The notes beneath the pieces are model-generated. The model was not told the origin of the DNA and did no database searches. It worked only from the letters and a program-made list of their open reading frames with translations. 63,945 nucleotides of DNA. Origin: Albugo candida (Eukaryota). The stretch covers positions 124,001 through 187,945 of the forward strand of contig JBDOQK010000029.1 of NCBI GenBank assembly GCA_040437565.1. Reading direction: 5' to 3'. Positions 1 through 13,110 of this stretch are shown one piece after another; the stretch's first letter is position 1, and each line of letters starts with the position of its first letter. The translations under genes were made by a program, and so were the position numbers.

Positions 1-489
1 CGCTTCTAGCTGGTGGCAGTAACACCATAGAAAAAGCTAAATTTATTGTAAGCAAAGTAAAAGTAGCCTAGTAGGCAGGCAAAAAATCCAGCCACCATTG
101 CCTTCCATTAATTTGCGCTCTTTGCTGATTCTAACGAGGCTTTATGTAAAGTCTGCAGTTTATGCGGCATATTGGCTCGAGTAACATGAGCTGGTAGTGC
201 ACCTCCACCAATATCCCTCCCTTGCGCAGCTTCACAAACGTAGTAGGATGTAGAAATGCCACAGGAATTACCATCCACTTGCTTTCTGCAATTGTTTTAG
301 GCGTTTAGGTGCGCAAAAATGACAGCATTGTCTGATCGTTTAGCCACATGTTCTCGCCAAGAAATGGTTGTATAGCTTCGCGTAGGTCTCGATTCTCCTC
401 AGCAACATACGAAAGTAGGGGTATCTTTGTAATTTCTATTTTGAGGGATGGGTCCGCAGCAATTCCCTGGAATAAAAGCCAAACTTTAA

Positions 490-2270
490 ATCCTCTGCAG
501 GGATGACTTCAAAACTACCAGTATAGCAACATAACTTATATTATCTACAATTATGTGTTGCCGCTTGACTCAATTGCAACTGAACAGCTACTTAATACAC
601 CGACAAACTCCAAACTTCTCGCATCATTGCGTAATGACGTGATGGGGTCCTTGAAAAGATGCGCTCGAAGTTCAACAAATATCGCTATTTCGTATGACGT
701 AATGGGTTCATTGCGAAGATGCGCTTGATGTCCATGAGACGTCGCTATCTGATTGTAGTTGGTGATCCAAGCTGCTTGAGTTCCAATCCGACACGAAGTC
801 CCGCTTCGTCGCTCTTCCGGTTTCCATTTGAAATCCCATCTAGGTGCATTTGCAGAAGATCCTTGCTGTACTCAGAATCCTTAAGCTTCAGTTCTATCAT
901 GTTCACCTGCATTCTCAACGACGTGATGAGGCCATTTTTGGGATGCATTTTCTGTCCATGAAATTCCACTCCTTGGTCGCACTCGATATTTTGAGTGGCT
1001 TCGGCTGAAAACCGCATCTGTTGGATTGAACTCTTTGCCCGCTTTGATCGCATCCAAGAACGCGAACTGATTGTTCATAAAATCCTTAAAGTCTTCAAGC
1101 ATCGACCTCGACTTGACGACCTTTATTTGAAGCTCCATGTTTTCCTTCAACACTTCCTTGATTTATCCTCTATCGGTACAAGCGCTCCGTCGAGTTGCTT
1201 TAGTTTCCTGTGGCCGTTGTTTGAGCTCCAGTTGAGACAAAAGTCTTGGGGTCCACGCGTCTTCTACAGATTGGCCAGTTTTGTTTGCTGCGTTTCCATG
1301 AAAACCTCAAGTTCCTGGATCATTGTCTTTGACCATAGAAAATCCAACTTTGGCTCATCGTGTTGGTCCGTAAGCTGCTTTAACTGAATTTCATCATCTT
1401 CTTGCACCTTCATCGCATTGTCCAGCTTGCGTTGACACATAATGTTGCGTTTTCGACTAGCCCTCAACCTCTTTTCGAGTTCTTCGACAGCCGTCTTGTG
1501 CTTGAACACTTGTTCAATGGCACCTTGAAGCTGAGGCGTTTTATCAATCAATGTGCGAGGCAGCTGCGGATTATATTTCTTCAAACGCGGATTTTTATAC
1601 GGACGCTCTTGCGTTGCCATAGTTGGTCATGGATGGGTGACGTAGTCACGGGTGGTCGCTGATGCCACATCCACAGCCGCAACCATACTACGGAGGGAAT
1701 CAGTGCCACGAGTCATCACCGGAGATGCTCGTCTTGTTGCAGAAACCTGTACTGGATTTTTCCCACGAACGCGAGCCAGGGCGACGTTCGTCCAGTGGAA
1801 TCTGTCCGCGTTGCAGTTGTCCTCGAGACGCGAGCCGTGGTCGATGCCGTTTCAGGTCGTTGTGTGCTCGCACGCTTTTCGTGTCGTTGTTAATGTTGGT
1901 ACTGGAGTTGGTCGAGCCGCTTTGTTTGCTATCGTGTTGATGTTTGCGTAGACGTCTCCGTTCCATCCGCTCGTAGCACATATCCACCGACGATAAGCTT
2001 CATCGTTGACGGTGTCACATTCCTCGCTGATGCAACCATATTTGTTGTCGTAGTCTTTCACAATCGCTGCATTCGTAAAATAATTAGCTGACTTTTGAAC
2101 GAGTATGAACGAGAAAAGCGGTACATACATATCTTGCTTTGACCTCCCAAGTCTCCCAGCATGATGCTGAATGCTGATTGAAGATATTACCTCATGGTAC
2201 ACGCCGGAATATTCTGAGGGAACGGGGTCGATATCGGAGTCGGCGCATGGGATCAATCGATTGTTGTCAT
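490..2270 (-). pseudogene. Degenerate coiled-coil protein family member, copy A (ORF fragments 1852-2334, 1264-1620, 881-1153, 745-1053)
   Basis: Successive frame-shifted minus-strand ORFs rich in E/K/Q/L (MATQERPYKN...AVEELEKRLRASRKRN...LKQLTD). Colinear nucleotide similarity to 59690-61475. Confidence 0.55.
632..745. repeat. ~60-bp tandem repeat (2 units), each unit containing TGACGT
   Basis: atgacgtgatggggtccttgaaaagatgcgctcg at 634 and atgacgtaatgggttcattgcgaagatgcgcttg at 694. Confidence 0.65.
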
Positions 2271-2274
2271 TCAT

Positions 2275-2908
2275 TCCCGTCCGTGTCAGACTTGTAATAC
2301 AGACATGTATCGGTGATGCATTGCGGATAACCAATGTTCGCTAAGGTCGCATGGAGGAGCTGATGCCATAGTCTTCCTTACTGTTTCAATCCATACAAGC
2401 TGCGCTCCAAACATAGTGAGAGATTCTTGGATATACGCACACCATACTCAGACATCCCCTCCGGGGTGAAATCCATACCATCCGGAATAAATAGGTGTAT
2501 GTCCACGCCATCTTCTTTAGCTGCGCGTACGTACGCACTTGGCACATCAAAATGCCGAGCTGGAACACGCCAAATCCATGTGATAGCAATAATGGCTTTT
2601 GCGCTTGTCATATTCAAAATTGCAGCGAAGGTTAAAAGAAAGTTCTCACCGAGCACCTGTTCATTCCCACAGGCTACCAGTCTTGTTTTGTATCGTATAC
2701 CGCCTCCACCACTGGTCCGCTTCTTCTTATACACCCGTTTAGTATGCAGCTGGGGCACATTGGGTTCAGCTTTGACCACCCGCGAAGTGTGATTCGCATG
2801 CAATGACGCTAGTTCCTCACGGTGTGTCCGAAGCCAAAGTTCTTTATCAGGCCTTCTCATAGCCTTTCTATAACTCCTCAGATCCGGGAGATGCACGAAT
2901 TCTCTTGA
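2275..2908 (-). mobile_element. Ty1/copia reverse-transcriptase fragment (overlap re-read of ~4087-4720)
   Basis: YKTRLVACGNEQ, HFDVPSAY and SLYGLKQ motifs. Matches the sequence after the gap. Confidence 0.85.
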
Positions 2909-3008
2909 NNNNNNNNNNNNNNNNNNNNNNNNNNNNNNNNNNNNNNNNNNNNNNNNNNNNNNNNNNNNNNNNNNNNNNNNNNNNNNNNNNNNNNNNNNNN
3001 NNNNNNNN

Positions 3009-4720
3009 GCTTTAGTTTCCTGTGGCCGTTGTTTGAGCTCCAGTTGAGACAAAAGTCTTGGGGTCCACGCGTCTTCTACAGATTGGCCAGTTTTGTTTGC
3101 TGCGTTTCCATGAAAACCTCAAGTTCCTGGATCATTGTCTTTGACCATAGAAAATCCAACTTTGGCTCATCGTGTTGGTCCGTAAGCTGCTTTAACTGAA
3201 TTTCATCATCTTCTTGCACCTTCATCGCATTGTCCAGCTTGCGTTGACACATAATGTTGCGTTTTCGACTAGCCCTCAACCTCTTTTCGAGTTCTTCGAC
3301 AGCCGTCTTGTGCTTGAACACTTGTTCAATGGCACCTTGAAGCTGAGGCGTTTTATCAATCAATGTGCGAGGCAGCTGCGGATTATATTTCTTCAAACGC
3401 GGATTTTTATACGGACGCTCTTGCGTTGCCATAGTTGGTCATGGATGGGTGACGTAGTCACGGGTGGTCGCTGATGCCACATCCACAGCCGCAACCATAC
3501 TACGGAGGGAATCAGTGCCACGAGTCATCACCGGAGATGCTCGTCTTGTTGCAGAAACCTGTACTGGATTTTTCCCACGAACGCGAGCCAGGGCGACGTT
3601 CGTCCAGTGGAATCTGTCCGCGTTGCAGTTGTCCTCGAGACGCGAGCCGTGGTCGATGCCGTTTCAGGTCGTTGTGTGCTCGCACGCTTTTCGTGTCGTT
3701 GTTAATGTTGGTACTGGAGTTGGTCGAGCCGCTTTGTTTGCTATCGTGTTGATGTTTGCGTAGACGTCTCCGTTCCATCCGCTCGTAGCACATATCCACC
3801 GACGATAAGCTTCATCGTTGACGGTGTCACATTCCTCGCTGATGCAACCATATTTGTTGTCGTAGTCTTTCACAATCGCTGCATTCGTAAAATAATTAGC
3901 TGACTTTTGAACGAGTATGAACGAGAAAAGCGGTACATACATATCTTGCTTTGACCTCCCAAGTCTCCCAGCATGATGCTGAATGCTGATTGAAGATATT
4001 ACCTCATGGTACACGCCGGAATATTCTGAGGGAACGGGGTCGATATCGGAGTCGGCGCATGGGATCAATCGATTGTTGTCATTCATTCCCGTCCGTGTCA
4101 GACTTGTAATACAGACATGTATCGGTGATGCATTGCGGATAACCAATGTTCGCTAAGGTCGCATGGAGGAGCTGATGCCATAGTCTTCCTTACTGTTTCA
4201 ATCCATACAAGCTGCGCTCCAAACATAGTGAGAGATTCTTGGATATACGCACACCATACTCAGACATCCCCTCCGGGGTGAAATCCATACCATCCGGAAT
4301 AAATAGGTGTATGTCCACGCCATCTTCTTTAGCTGCGCGTACGTACGCACTTGGCACATCAAAATGCCGAGCTGGAACACGCCAAATCCATGTGATAGCA
4401 ATAATGGCTTTTGCGCTTGTCATATTCAAAATTGCAGCGAAGGTTAAAAGAAAGTTCTCACCGAGCACCTGTTCATTCCCACAGGCTACCAGTCTTGTTT
4501 TGTATCGTATACCGCCTCCACCACTGGTCCGCTTCTTCTTATACACCCGTTTAGTATGCAGCTGGGGCACATTGGGTTCAGCTTTGACCACCCGCGAAGT
4601 GTGATTCGCATGCAATGACGCTAGTTCCTCACGGTGTGTCCGAAGCCAAAGTTCTTTATCAGGCCTTCTCATAGCCTTTCTATAACTCCTCAGATCCGGG
4701 AGATGCACGAATTCTCTTGA
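3009..4720. repeat. Assembly overlap: direct re-read of ~1198-2908 across gap 2909-3008
   Basis: Identical ORF set offset by 1812 bp on either side of a 100-N gap. Confidence 0.9.
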
Positions 4721-7700
4721 AACACTTGTGTCACGGTAGAAACCCCAGCTGGTACAGCCTCATGGGATGTCGGCGGTTTGTCCTCCTTGATGGCCGTGGT
4801 AAGTGCACGAAAAAGCGCACGCGATGATTCTTAAGTATTCAAAGTATCCATTTCCGCTTCAGCTTTCCGGAACGACTTTTTCTTAGTTCTCTGGGAACGT
4901 CGCGCTGTTGTAAAAATGGTGTCAATTCGTAAGAGATCGGGATTCAAAGCAGTGAATTGCCCATTTGAAGTCGCAACTTGCACGTGACGATTTCCCTTAG
5001 AGTGGTCCGTAGAAAAATGGACATCTTGACGCGCGTTGCAAGCTATTCCAATCTATTTTCTGCTCCATTCTGCAGTACGTCTATCCGTTGCGCATTCACC
5101 TCGTCATTGAACGTTGCGACTAGACGAACATGCCGTATTGTAATTACAACACGATCATCTCTTGATATATAAATTTCCTAAAGAAAACTTTTTTTTGTTA
5201 TAATATAAGGAGAACTGCGGACTTGTGGTGGCTGAAGAATGTGTAGTTGTCCGAAGTGTAGACCTGGAAGCCACACAAGAAATATTTGAGTTTCATCGCT
5301 CTTCCCGACGATAATCCCTTGCGAGAAGCGTTGCTTTTACGCGTTATTCTGCGGATCACGATATGTTTCACATGGAGACCCAAAAACAACAATATCCACG
5401 AGAATTGGTGGACGTCCGGTCAAAATCACTATACGAGACGCCCGATTGGGATTGGCACGTCTCGGCATACGATTCAGAATGTAAGCAGAAAGTTCCACTG
5501 CATCGCCCCGTAACGAGAGAGGCAAATCACACGAAAAAATCATGCAGCGAGCCATATTCATCACCGTGCGGTGCAGTCGCTCAGCCTTTCCATTTTCCAG
5601 CCTGGTTGCTAGCCTTTGTGATTTGACGAGCAACTCCAGAATCACGACAAATTAAGTCAATGTTTCAGTATTCGTCACCTCAATCAGTGAGAAGCACATG
5701 CACGCAGCAATTGTACCATTTCTTTAAGTAAGCCAAAAACTGCTCGAAGGTTTTCGCTGCTTGATCCTTTGTCTTGGCAAGGAAGACACAGAAATAATTG
5801 GTCTAGTGATCGACAAAATCTACTAGATATAATACCTGTTGCTTCTACGATCTCGCGGTGTAATCAGACCATTGAGGTCACTACATATCACTCACTCGAC
5901 GCGATCGGTGGGTGCACTCTTACCAGTGTTTTGTTTGGGCTGAGTACCACGTGTTTGTTTCCCCTATGCACAAGCCAAGCAACGATTTCAGATATGGTCA
6001 GTCAATTAAATCCCTGATTCGGACATATGTGCTAGACGCCCAATTATGCCGTACCTCAAATGACCAAAGCGCTCGTGAGACTGCATAAGAAAACCCTTCT
6101 GCACAGTCTCACCAGAACGAATATTATCCAAAGCTCTCATTACAATCTCCCGAATTGCAGGATTGTCCTTGTTGACTGCAGCACGGTTTGCAACCATCAC
6201 GTGATTCTTAATCGTCACGTAAAATACCAGATTACCATTATTAACACAGCGTGCCGTCCTTGAAAACGGCCCAGTAAACACCCATGGTCGGCTTGGTGAC
6301 CATATGAAACCAAATATATTGTCAATTGTGGCAAGTAGTGAGCACTTGGTAGCTCAACTTCATTGTGTACACCATCAACGAAGGTGTTCAAGCACACATT
6401 ACCGCGTTTCGTCACTCGCAATGGGGTCCCATCCGGCTGACGTAACACATCACGGCTTGCGCAATCTTCAGCCTTTGATAGCATAGATGCATCACGAACC
6501 AAGTGACAACTTGCGCCAGTGTCAAGAATCCAATCTTCATCATCCAAATCGTCACTTACTTGCATTAGCAACAAATGCCCATTTAGCTTTCGCACTTCCC
6601 CTAGAGCTTATCTTTCTCTCCAGATCTTGCGCGGTAGCTTTCTTGCGGCAATAACGCGCGACATGATCAACTTGACCGCACTTGTGGCATTGTCTCGTTT
6701 CGTTTACCAAGTTCATCTACCCACGACCAGTCTTTGCATTACTGACTTTTCATTTTCCATCCCTTGAATAACATTTTAGACACCTGTTGTACTGACTGAT
6801 TATCAATGCTTGAGACTCGGGCTGAGCATGCTTTACAATGTTCTAAACTCAAGGCATCGCCTGAGTTCGTTGCCTCTTGAAGAGACACCAGGTACAGCGA
6901 ATGGTCGTTCCACGATCATCCCTTGTTCTTTCGTTCAGCAAACAGGTTGATAGTTTGTTGCTTGAAAAAAAAACAATTCGATACGAATCCACCATCTTAT
7001 CCATAACAAAGGCAAGAGTCGGAGTCATTCGCCACCAACTGTGAACGCGCTGGTTGTAGTATCTTGCAGCCTTTTCCACCCAGAATCGCGACACCTTTTA
7101 ATCCTCCAGACAGCGAAAACCACACGTCCGTTCAGCCAAATCGATCTTGACCAGCAAAAGCCGTCGCCATTGTACAAATCCATCACCAAGACCCTTGTAG
7201 ATTTCAAATCCATTGAAAGGATCGATACTGATCTTCCCTTTCAGTGGAGGTTGTTTCGTTGACAAAGTGCGGGTTCAACTCGTCCACTTCATGTACTCCC
7301 ATTGGTTTATCTTCAATACGGAAGTTCCGCCTGCTCTTGAAGTCTCAAGTCCATCTTATTTTGACGCTGAAGCTCATCTCTAAGCTCCGCTACCCCTTGC
7401 AAAGAAACTTGAATTCTGTCATACAACTCCAAGTTCTGCTCTTTCGTCTGGTCTTTGGACATGCCCCATCAAACCCAACCCACCGCCTGTATACAGATCG
7501 CGGTTGGCGCTACCTGGTGGACAGGTTTCCACAGGCCAGAGCCTTTGAGATCTGTTTCCATCGACTCCAGGCGTGAAGATATGCTCGCCAACTCCACCTG
7601 CAATAGACTTGGGCCACCACTTTCGCGAGTATCAAGCATTCCTCGCGTGGTGCCCTTTTCGCGAGCGGCCACCTGCACATCCTCCCTGTATGCATACCAT

Positions 7701-7744
7701 TCGTAACCTGGAGTGGCGCCTCTGAACTCCTTTTGACCGTCCAT

Positions 7745-7757
7745 TGGGCTCATAACC
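7745..7757 (-). promoter_or_regulatory. Copia-type primer-binding site GGTTATGAGCCCA
   Basis: Directly abuts the LTR end. Resembles the Drosophila copia GGTTATGGGCCCA site primed by a tRNA-iMet fragment. Confidence 0.8.
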
Positions 7758-7974
7758 TATTGACTCGAGACGGCGTGGTCCAAAGAAGTATTTTTAGTGG
7801 ACTGCGTGTATTATCATAGTTTTAGCCCTACCAAACAATCACCTCCTTCCTTTCACACCCTAATCTGTCTCGCCTGTCACCTTCTGTACTCAAATTAGCA
7901 GATGCCGAGAGAGTGTCACCGAGGCGGCAGGAGATCTGGCAAAATCCCACTCGGTCAGAATCAATCTTTTAACA
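7758..7974 (-). repeat. Putative 5' LTR of the 4087-7974 copia element
   Basis: On the minus strand it starts TGTTAAAAG and ends ...TCAATA immediately before the PBS. Confidence 0.6.
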
Positions 7975-8019
7975 CAGAATAGTTATCTTCGCGCAAGAGG
8001 CGTGCTATTCGAGCGAACT

Positions 8020-8165
8020 TGGGCTCATAACCTTTCCAGTAGTGTTGAGCAGGGCAAACAAAATGAAAAGTACTTTTATTGAGTCTTCGATTGCTAACTA
8101 CAGTAAAGGTAATATTATAATCTTCAGCATGGCCCTTAGTGCCAATGTGGTCTACACCACCAACA
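8020..8165 (-). mobile_element. Second copia 5' end (LTR 8033-8165 plus PBS 8020-8032), interrupted by the younger element
   Basis: TGTTGG start, AATAAA inside, followed by GGTTATGAGCCCA. Confidence 0.65.
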
Positions 8166-8180
8166 TTTATTCTCTAAAAC

Positions 8181-8301
8181 GGTCTTGATCACGAGAGTTT
8201 TGAAGATCTCTCAAATCTTCTAGATCCACATCACTCAAAATGTTGGAAAAAGCAAAAACAGGCCACTGTCCTGCTGTTTAACCACGTTGCTGTTCCGCCT
8301 C
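8181..8301. repeat. 121-bp inverted repeat, partner at 10315-10435; both copies abut gaps
   Basis: ggtcttgatc...gttccgcctc is the reverse complement of gaggcggaac...gatcaagacc. Confidence 0.9.
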
Positions 8302-8401
8302 NNNNNNNNNNNNNNNNNNNNNNNNNNNNNNNNNNNNNNNNNNNNNNNNNNNNNNNNNNNNNNNNNNNNNNNNNNNNNNNNNNNNNNNNNNNNNNNNNNN
8401 N

Positions 8402-9130
8402 TGAGTCGCATCGCATCCAGGCCGATCATTGCTGTGATCGGTGAGACATTGCGCATTGTAGTTGAGGGACTATGATTCAAAATGAGCTGAATAATCGGAA
8501 GGACAGGACACCAATCAGACGGTTGAAGTCTCCACTCACTGAAAAGGTCTCTAGTGCACCGCAAAAGCTCACGCATAAGTCACTTAGCAGTACCATTAGC
8601 CCAAGGACATCGTGCAGTGTTAAAATGGTGATTCGCCTTAAGAGTCCTTCTCAGATGGTCGGTCACGGCATTCAGAAAGGGGTAACTTGGTCAGAAACCT
8701 AAATTTGCACACACCTAATAAGGAAATAAACCTTAGAAAAGCATCGGCGCAGGCAGCGGCATCCGCTGCACGACAAGGTTCCAGGAGACAGTATTTGCTG
8801 GCATCGTCCTTGATCACCAGTACATAGCTTTGTCCGGTAAAACTCTCCCCCATATAAAAAAATTGAAATGAATCAACTCGTTTGGTTTTTCGACGTGTAA
8901 TGCTTCCCCTTTAGAGAGTGGAAGGGTGACAGGGCCGTCACTTGCACAATGCAAACAACTTCGAACAAAAACAAATCCACATCCTTTTGCATGTCTCTCC
9001 AGGTAACCGCATCCGCAATAGTGTTAGATGTTGTTTAATACTCACGGTGACCACCCACTCCAAAATATGCGACGATTCATATTCTTAAACAGATCAGTTG
9101 CATGACTTGGAATAACAATCTTGACGCGCT
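8402..9130 (-). mobile_element. Ty3/Gypsy integrase remnant
   Basis: FVRSCLHC zinc-finger end, KPNELIHF, YVLVIKDDASKYC (first catalytic D region), DWCPVLPIIQLILNHSP. Frameshifted. Confidence 0.8.
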
Positions 9131-9589
9131 GTTGCACAGATTTACATTGAAATCCCGCCGTAACTTCAATGCTCACGTTGGATAATCTACCATGCGTATT
9201 TCTATGGACGTTGAACCTCACTCGCAGCAGGCCAAGCAAATTTCGGTTTTAGCATTCGAGAGGTTACTATAAGTGAAGCTCCAATAGGTCAGCTGAATGT
9301 GTCTATGTTACTAGGATTATACTAGCTGACTTCTGTAGTTGCCTAGGCTATCTTAAATAACACATATACATATAAAAAACGTGTCTTGAAATACCTATGA
9401 GAGGTGATAATATGTCTTCTCGTTGATAAACCCGTATCGCAGTAGCCTCAGCACCAATGATACGAGACTTTGTCCAGCTTGTAAATGCTGTAAAGTTGTA
9501 AAGTTGTAAAGTTGCAAAAATGGTCCAAAGGTACCGTGGTTTGCAAATTGGTGCACGCCACACTAGGCGGAACAATGTCATCCAACTAG

Positions 9590-10214
9590 GACTAGGATCT
9601 GAGTTGCACTTGCATTTTGACTTGTCTGTGCCGTACCCGCAGTAATGATCTTCGGCTTCTGAAAAATGCATCAAATGATCCTTGCGTTGCGAGTTGATCC
9701 AGGACCTTTGCAAGCTGAATGCGTTCCTCTTGGTCGTAACACTGTCTTCGAAAGTACCGAACGTGGCACTCAACGTGGTGTAGATCACGGAAAGTGCTGG
9801 AACTGTCGGAGTTGATGATCGTTAATCGAACAAACGACAATTCCGATCTGGCCAGACGAAGTGCAGTGTCACCGCTTGCAATGCAAGCCATAAATATGAT
9901 ATAATATGCTGATATTCTTTCCATGCCGGCCGTGATGCTAGCCCAATTGGGCATGCAATATGCGTCCAACGTGGTCGAGAGGAGAAAAAATTATCCCAAC
10001 TAGGGAGTAACTCCTTCCATAAATGTGCCGTGTGATGGCACTTTGGAAAGAGATCTTGATCGTATTCCACTGGCCCACACGAAGGCTGCGTGGACAATAT
10101 AATGTCGGGCTGAATATCCTTCAAGAACCAAAAACGAGATCGAACTGGCAACATTCGAAAGGCTAGACGAAACTGTAAATCTTCGAAAATTGGTAATACA
10201 CGTTTCCGAAGATG
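9590..10214 (-). mobile_element. 3' remnant of an L1/Tx1-like non-LTR retrotransposon (zf-RVT C-terminus)
   Basis: LPVRSRFWFL...CGPVEYDQDLFPKC..TAHLW...VWPDRNCRLF matches the degenerate C..C..E...HLF..C / W..RN...F pattern. Confidence 0.6.
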
Positions 10215-11149
10215 NNNNNNNNNNNNNNNNNNNNNNNNNNNNNNNNNNNNNNNNNNNNNNNNNNNNNNNNNNNNNNNNNNNNNNNNNNNNNNNNNNNNNN
10301 NNNNNNNNNNNNNNGAGGCGGAACAGCAACGTGGTTAAACAGCAGGACAGTGGCCTGTTTTTGCTTTTTCCAACATTTTGAGTGATGTGGATCTAGAAGA
10401 TTTGAGAGATCTTCAAAACTCTCGTGATCAAGACCTGGATGGAGAAGAAAGAGTTTTAAGAAGTAAGAGAAGTAATCTTTCGATGATGGAAGTCACTACA
10501 GAGTGCTTATAACGAAACGAATGGTAAGCAACGATGAGTTAGCGAAGATCACCATAGTAAAATAGCTGATATGGATTACAATAAAATACGACGATCAATA
10601 TCTTGTATTAACGTCCCCCATCTTCACGGAATCCAAACATTGTGGATGGAAGAAAAATATCTTTCCTATTTGAAGTAAAATGATTGCGAATACTTGGTTG
10701 TTAGGCAGGCTTCTTGCAATGATACGTCTGTTCCGTTGGTGCAGATTTGTATGTCGAATATAAACAAGGATGCATAGTCAGTCATTTTCCTTCTGCTTAA
10801 ATATCCATTGGGTACAGTTAGTTGAGACTATTGTTCAATTTATCTTTAGCGGCAGATTCGAGCTTCGAAGACTTTCTTGACCTAATCGGAAGGAGGCACG
10901 GCTCTATTTCGACTCGAAAGCGTTCATACATCATATACCCATAAATGAGTAGTAAGAAAGAATATGCTGTGTCATTTGCAATGATATGAACAATCTCCAG
11001 CACTAACTTCGGCGTTTCCGACACATCTGCAAGGCTGCGCAATACATCGATAATCGGGTCTCATTCCATTTTGGAGAGTGCTGAAGACAATTCTCGATGT
11101 GATTGGTACTTAGTCTCTATCATGATGTTGGCACCTCGACTTGTTCAAT

Positions 11150-11205
11150 GAAGACTAGCACGTGCAGTTGCGGCAAAACGAAGTCTGAATCAGGAACCCA
11201 AGTGA
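11150..11205 (+). pseudogene. Last ~18 codons of a DAHP synthase gene (5' edge of the left cassette copy)
   Basis: gaagactagcacgtgcagttgcggcaaaacgaagtctgaatcaggaacccaagtga matches the 3' end of the DAHP gene ending at 57919. Confidence 0.75.
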
Positions 11206-11554
11206 TTCTTCGTCTCAGTGTTACTTGCGTGTCATCCCATCGACCAGCTGGCACCCAGGACCTGAGTAAGAACGTTGAACCCAATGATCTCTGCATTCAA
11301 GCGAGTGATGTGGCAAATAAACTTCCGCTGCCTTACTATGAGTTATAATTCTCTGATTTCTGTATTGAATGGTTATATCGATGCTCTGGTGACTGGCGGA
11401 TTCCTTCTGTGTAGCATTTCTCAAAATCAAGAATCTAAAGCTCAGAATGATGACATCATGGAAGAGCTTGATTAGCAGCGCAAAAGCTGGTAGTATCTTC
11501 ATCTCAAACGTAAATCAAAAGTGTACATCACATGCTTAGTGTTGCCTCTATTTG

Positions 11555-13110
11555 ATCATGATTCACGCATACATCACCATCGAGATAGTCGGTCGAAATC
11601 GATTGTTGAGACACCATTTGGTCGTAAGCATGTGCTATATACGGACTACACCGCTTCAGAGCAATGTCCAGGCACCGTCGAGAATATGATACAGGAAAAA
11701 AGCTACCGGTCTTATCAGAACAACAATCATCGTATCAGCCATCGAGACAGTCAAAGAAACTCGAAAATGGTGCCCGAATGATTGCAGAAGCCGTGAATGC
11801 CGGTATAAATTCCGAAAATGCGCAGGACGAGTTGAATTTTACCGCGCCTGGAGCCACCTCTGCAATAATACATCTCGTACGGATGCTAAGGATGGATTTT
11901 CCTTCCATGAAATCAAGGCGCCAGATCTCAGCTCGACTGATTTTTCCTCGGACTATTCGTGAACCATTCCAGTAGCCATTGAGAGATATGCCTCACGGTA
12001 AAACAGGCTGTGTTGATGTGGTTTCATTCTGCCGTGAATTGCAGAATCACGACAGTAACCTTTTAACATTGCAATGTTCTCTGTAGCTGCTAATATTACA
12101 GGAGTGCTTACTGATGCGAATTCAATCACAGCCTTTTTGCACGAGTTTGGTAAATTGGCGTTTTGGGATTATGCAACTGCAGCTCCATGCACAGCCTTCG
12201 ATATGAAGTTAGTTCCATTTGTGGTGCAGATGTATCGAAAGACGCGATATACTTTTCGGGTCACAAATCTGTGGGTGGGCCTGGATCGCGAGTTGTTGTC
12301 GTTGTCAAGAGGAAGTCTCTCCTTCGCTCGACGGAAAAATTGGACCAATGATGCTCAAAGGTCAGCCGCAGTAGCACTGGATACCTTAAACTAAACCAGT
12401 GATGGTCCTTGCAGTGCTATCGGTGTCATACGTTTCAGCATTGCTGTTCGGATCGACAGAAAATAGGCCACGAATGAATCAGGGTTGAGCTGGAGGAAGC
12501 TATAGTTAAACAATTCCGTTAATCTGTTTGGCAGACAAACACGAGGCGGATGAACTTGTGCTGGACCTTATGACTCCAAGTTGCTCAGAGCCAATAAGCA
12601 TGATTTGCAAACGTTCCTTGTAGCTCTGGAGCACGGGTACATCATCTTGTAGCCAGTATTCACAAGCTTCTGTATTCCGTATTTCATGACTCCGGAGGAG
12701 ATCGATTGTAAATTGAAGGAGACCCATTTCGTAGCTGATCAGGATGGGAGTTTATGCCACAATACGACTTTTGTACAAGGACGGGTGACTAGAGCCACAA
12801 GTCGATAAAGCTGCTCAACGGCAGGTATTTTCACTCGACACACTTCAACCCGCTTGTGCCCGTCAAACGATCTAAACCGGAAGATACGCTCAACCAAAGT
12901 CTATCTTCAGTGCTCGCAGCCCGGGAAGGGATTTTTATTGGCGGAACACATTGCGTCCGAGTCTCTGGAGGTAGTTCGAGGATCTGTCCCGAGTGATTGT
13001 AAGAAGATCAGTGTAGAATCTTTTATTATAAAATGGTTTGTGCATCCAGATGAAGCCATTCAATTCGGGATTCTCCGAGACCAAAGTAACAAAATAGAAT
13101 CGTTGAATTT
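11555..13110 (+). pseudogene. Class-V PLP-dependent aminotransferase / cysteine-desulfurase-like pseudogene, copy L
   Basis: ETPFGRKHVLYTDYTAS, FTAPGATSAI, FSVAANITGVLTD..WDYATAAP, DAIYFSGHKSVGGPGS. Many frameshifts and an internal deletion. Homologous to 55960-57616. Confidence 0.85.

Larger units (their letters stand above)
4087..7974 (-). mobile_element. Degenerate, 3'-truncated Ty1/copia LTR retrotransposon (gag-PR-INT-RT)
   Basis: Protease WILDTGASCHL (6215-6595), GAG-pre-integrase HERFGHL (6006-6281), integrase NGKAERLHRTVMNMARCM (5337-5645), RT (4190-4708, then YGLKQ*GRLWHQ). Many stops and frameshifts; ends before YVDD. Confidence 0.92.

Noticed and set aside
1198-4720. Apparent 1.8-kb tandem duplication
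   Set aside because: Identical copies on either side of a 100-N gap; this is an unmerged contig overlap.
10436-11140. Coding-like stretch before the left cassette
   Set aside because: Frequent stops in all frames I tried and no family recognised.
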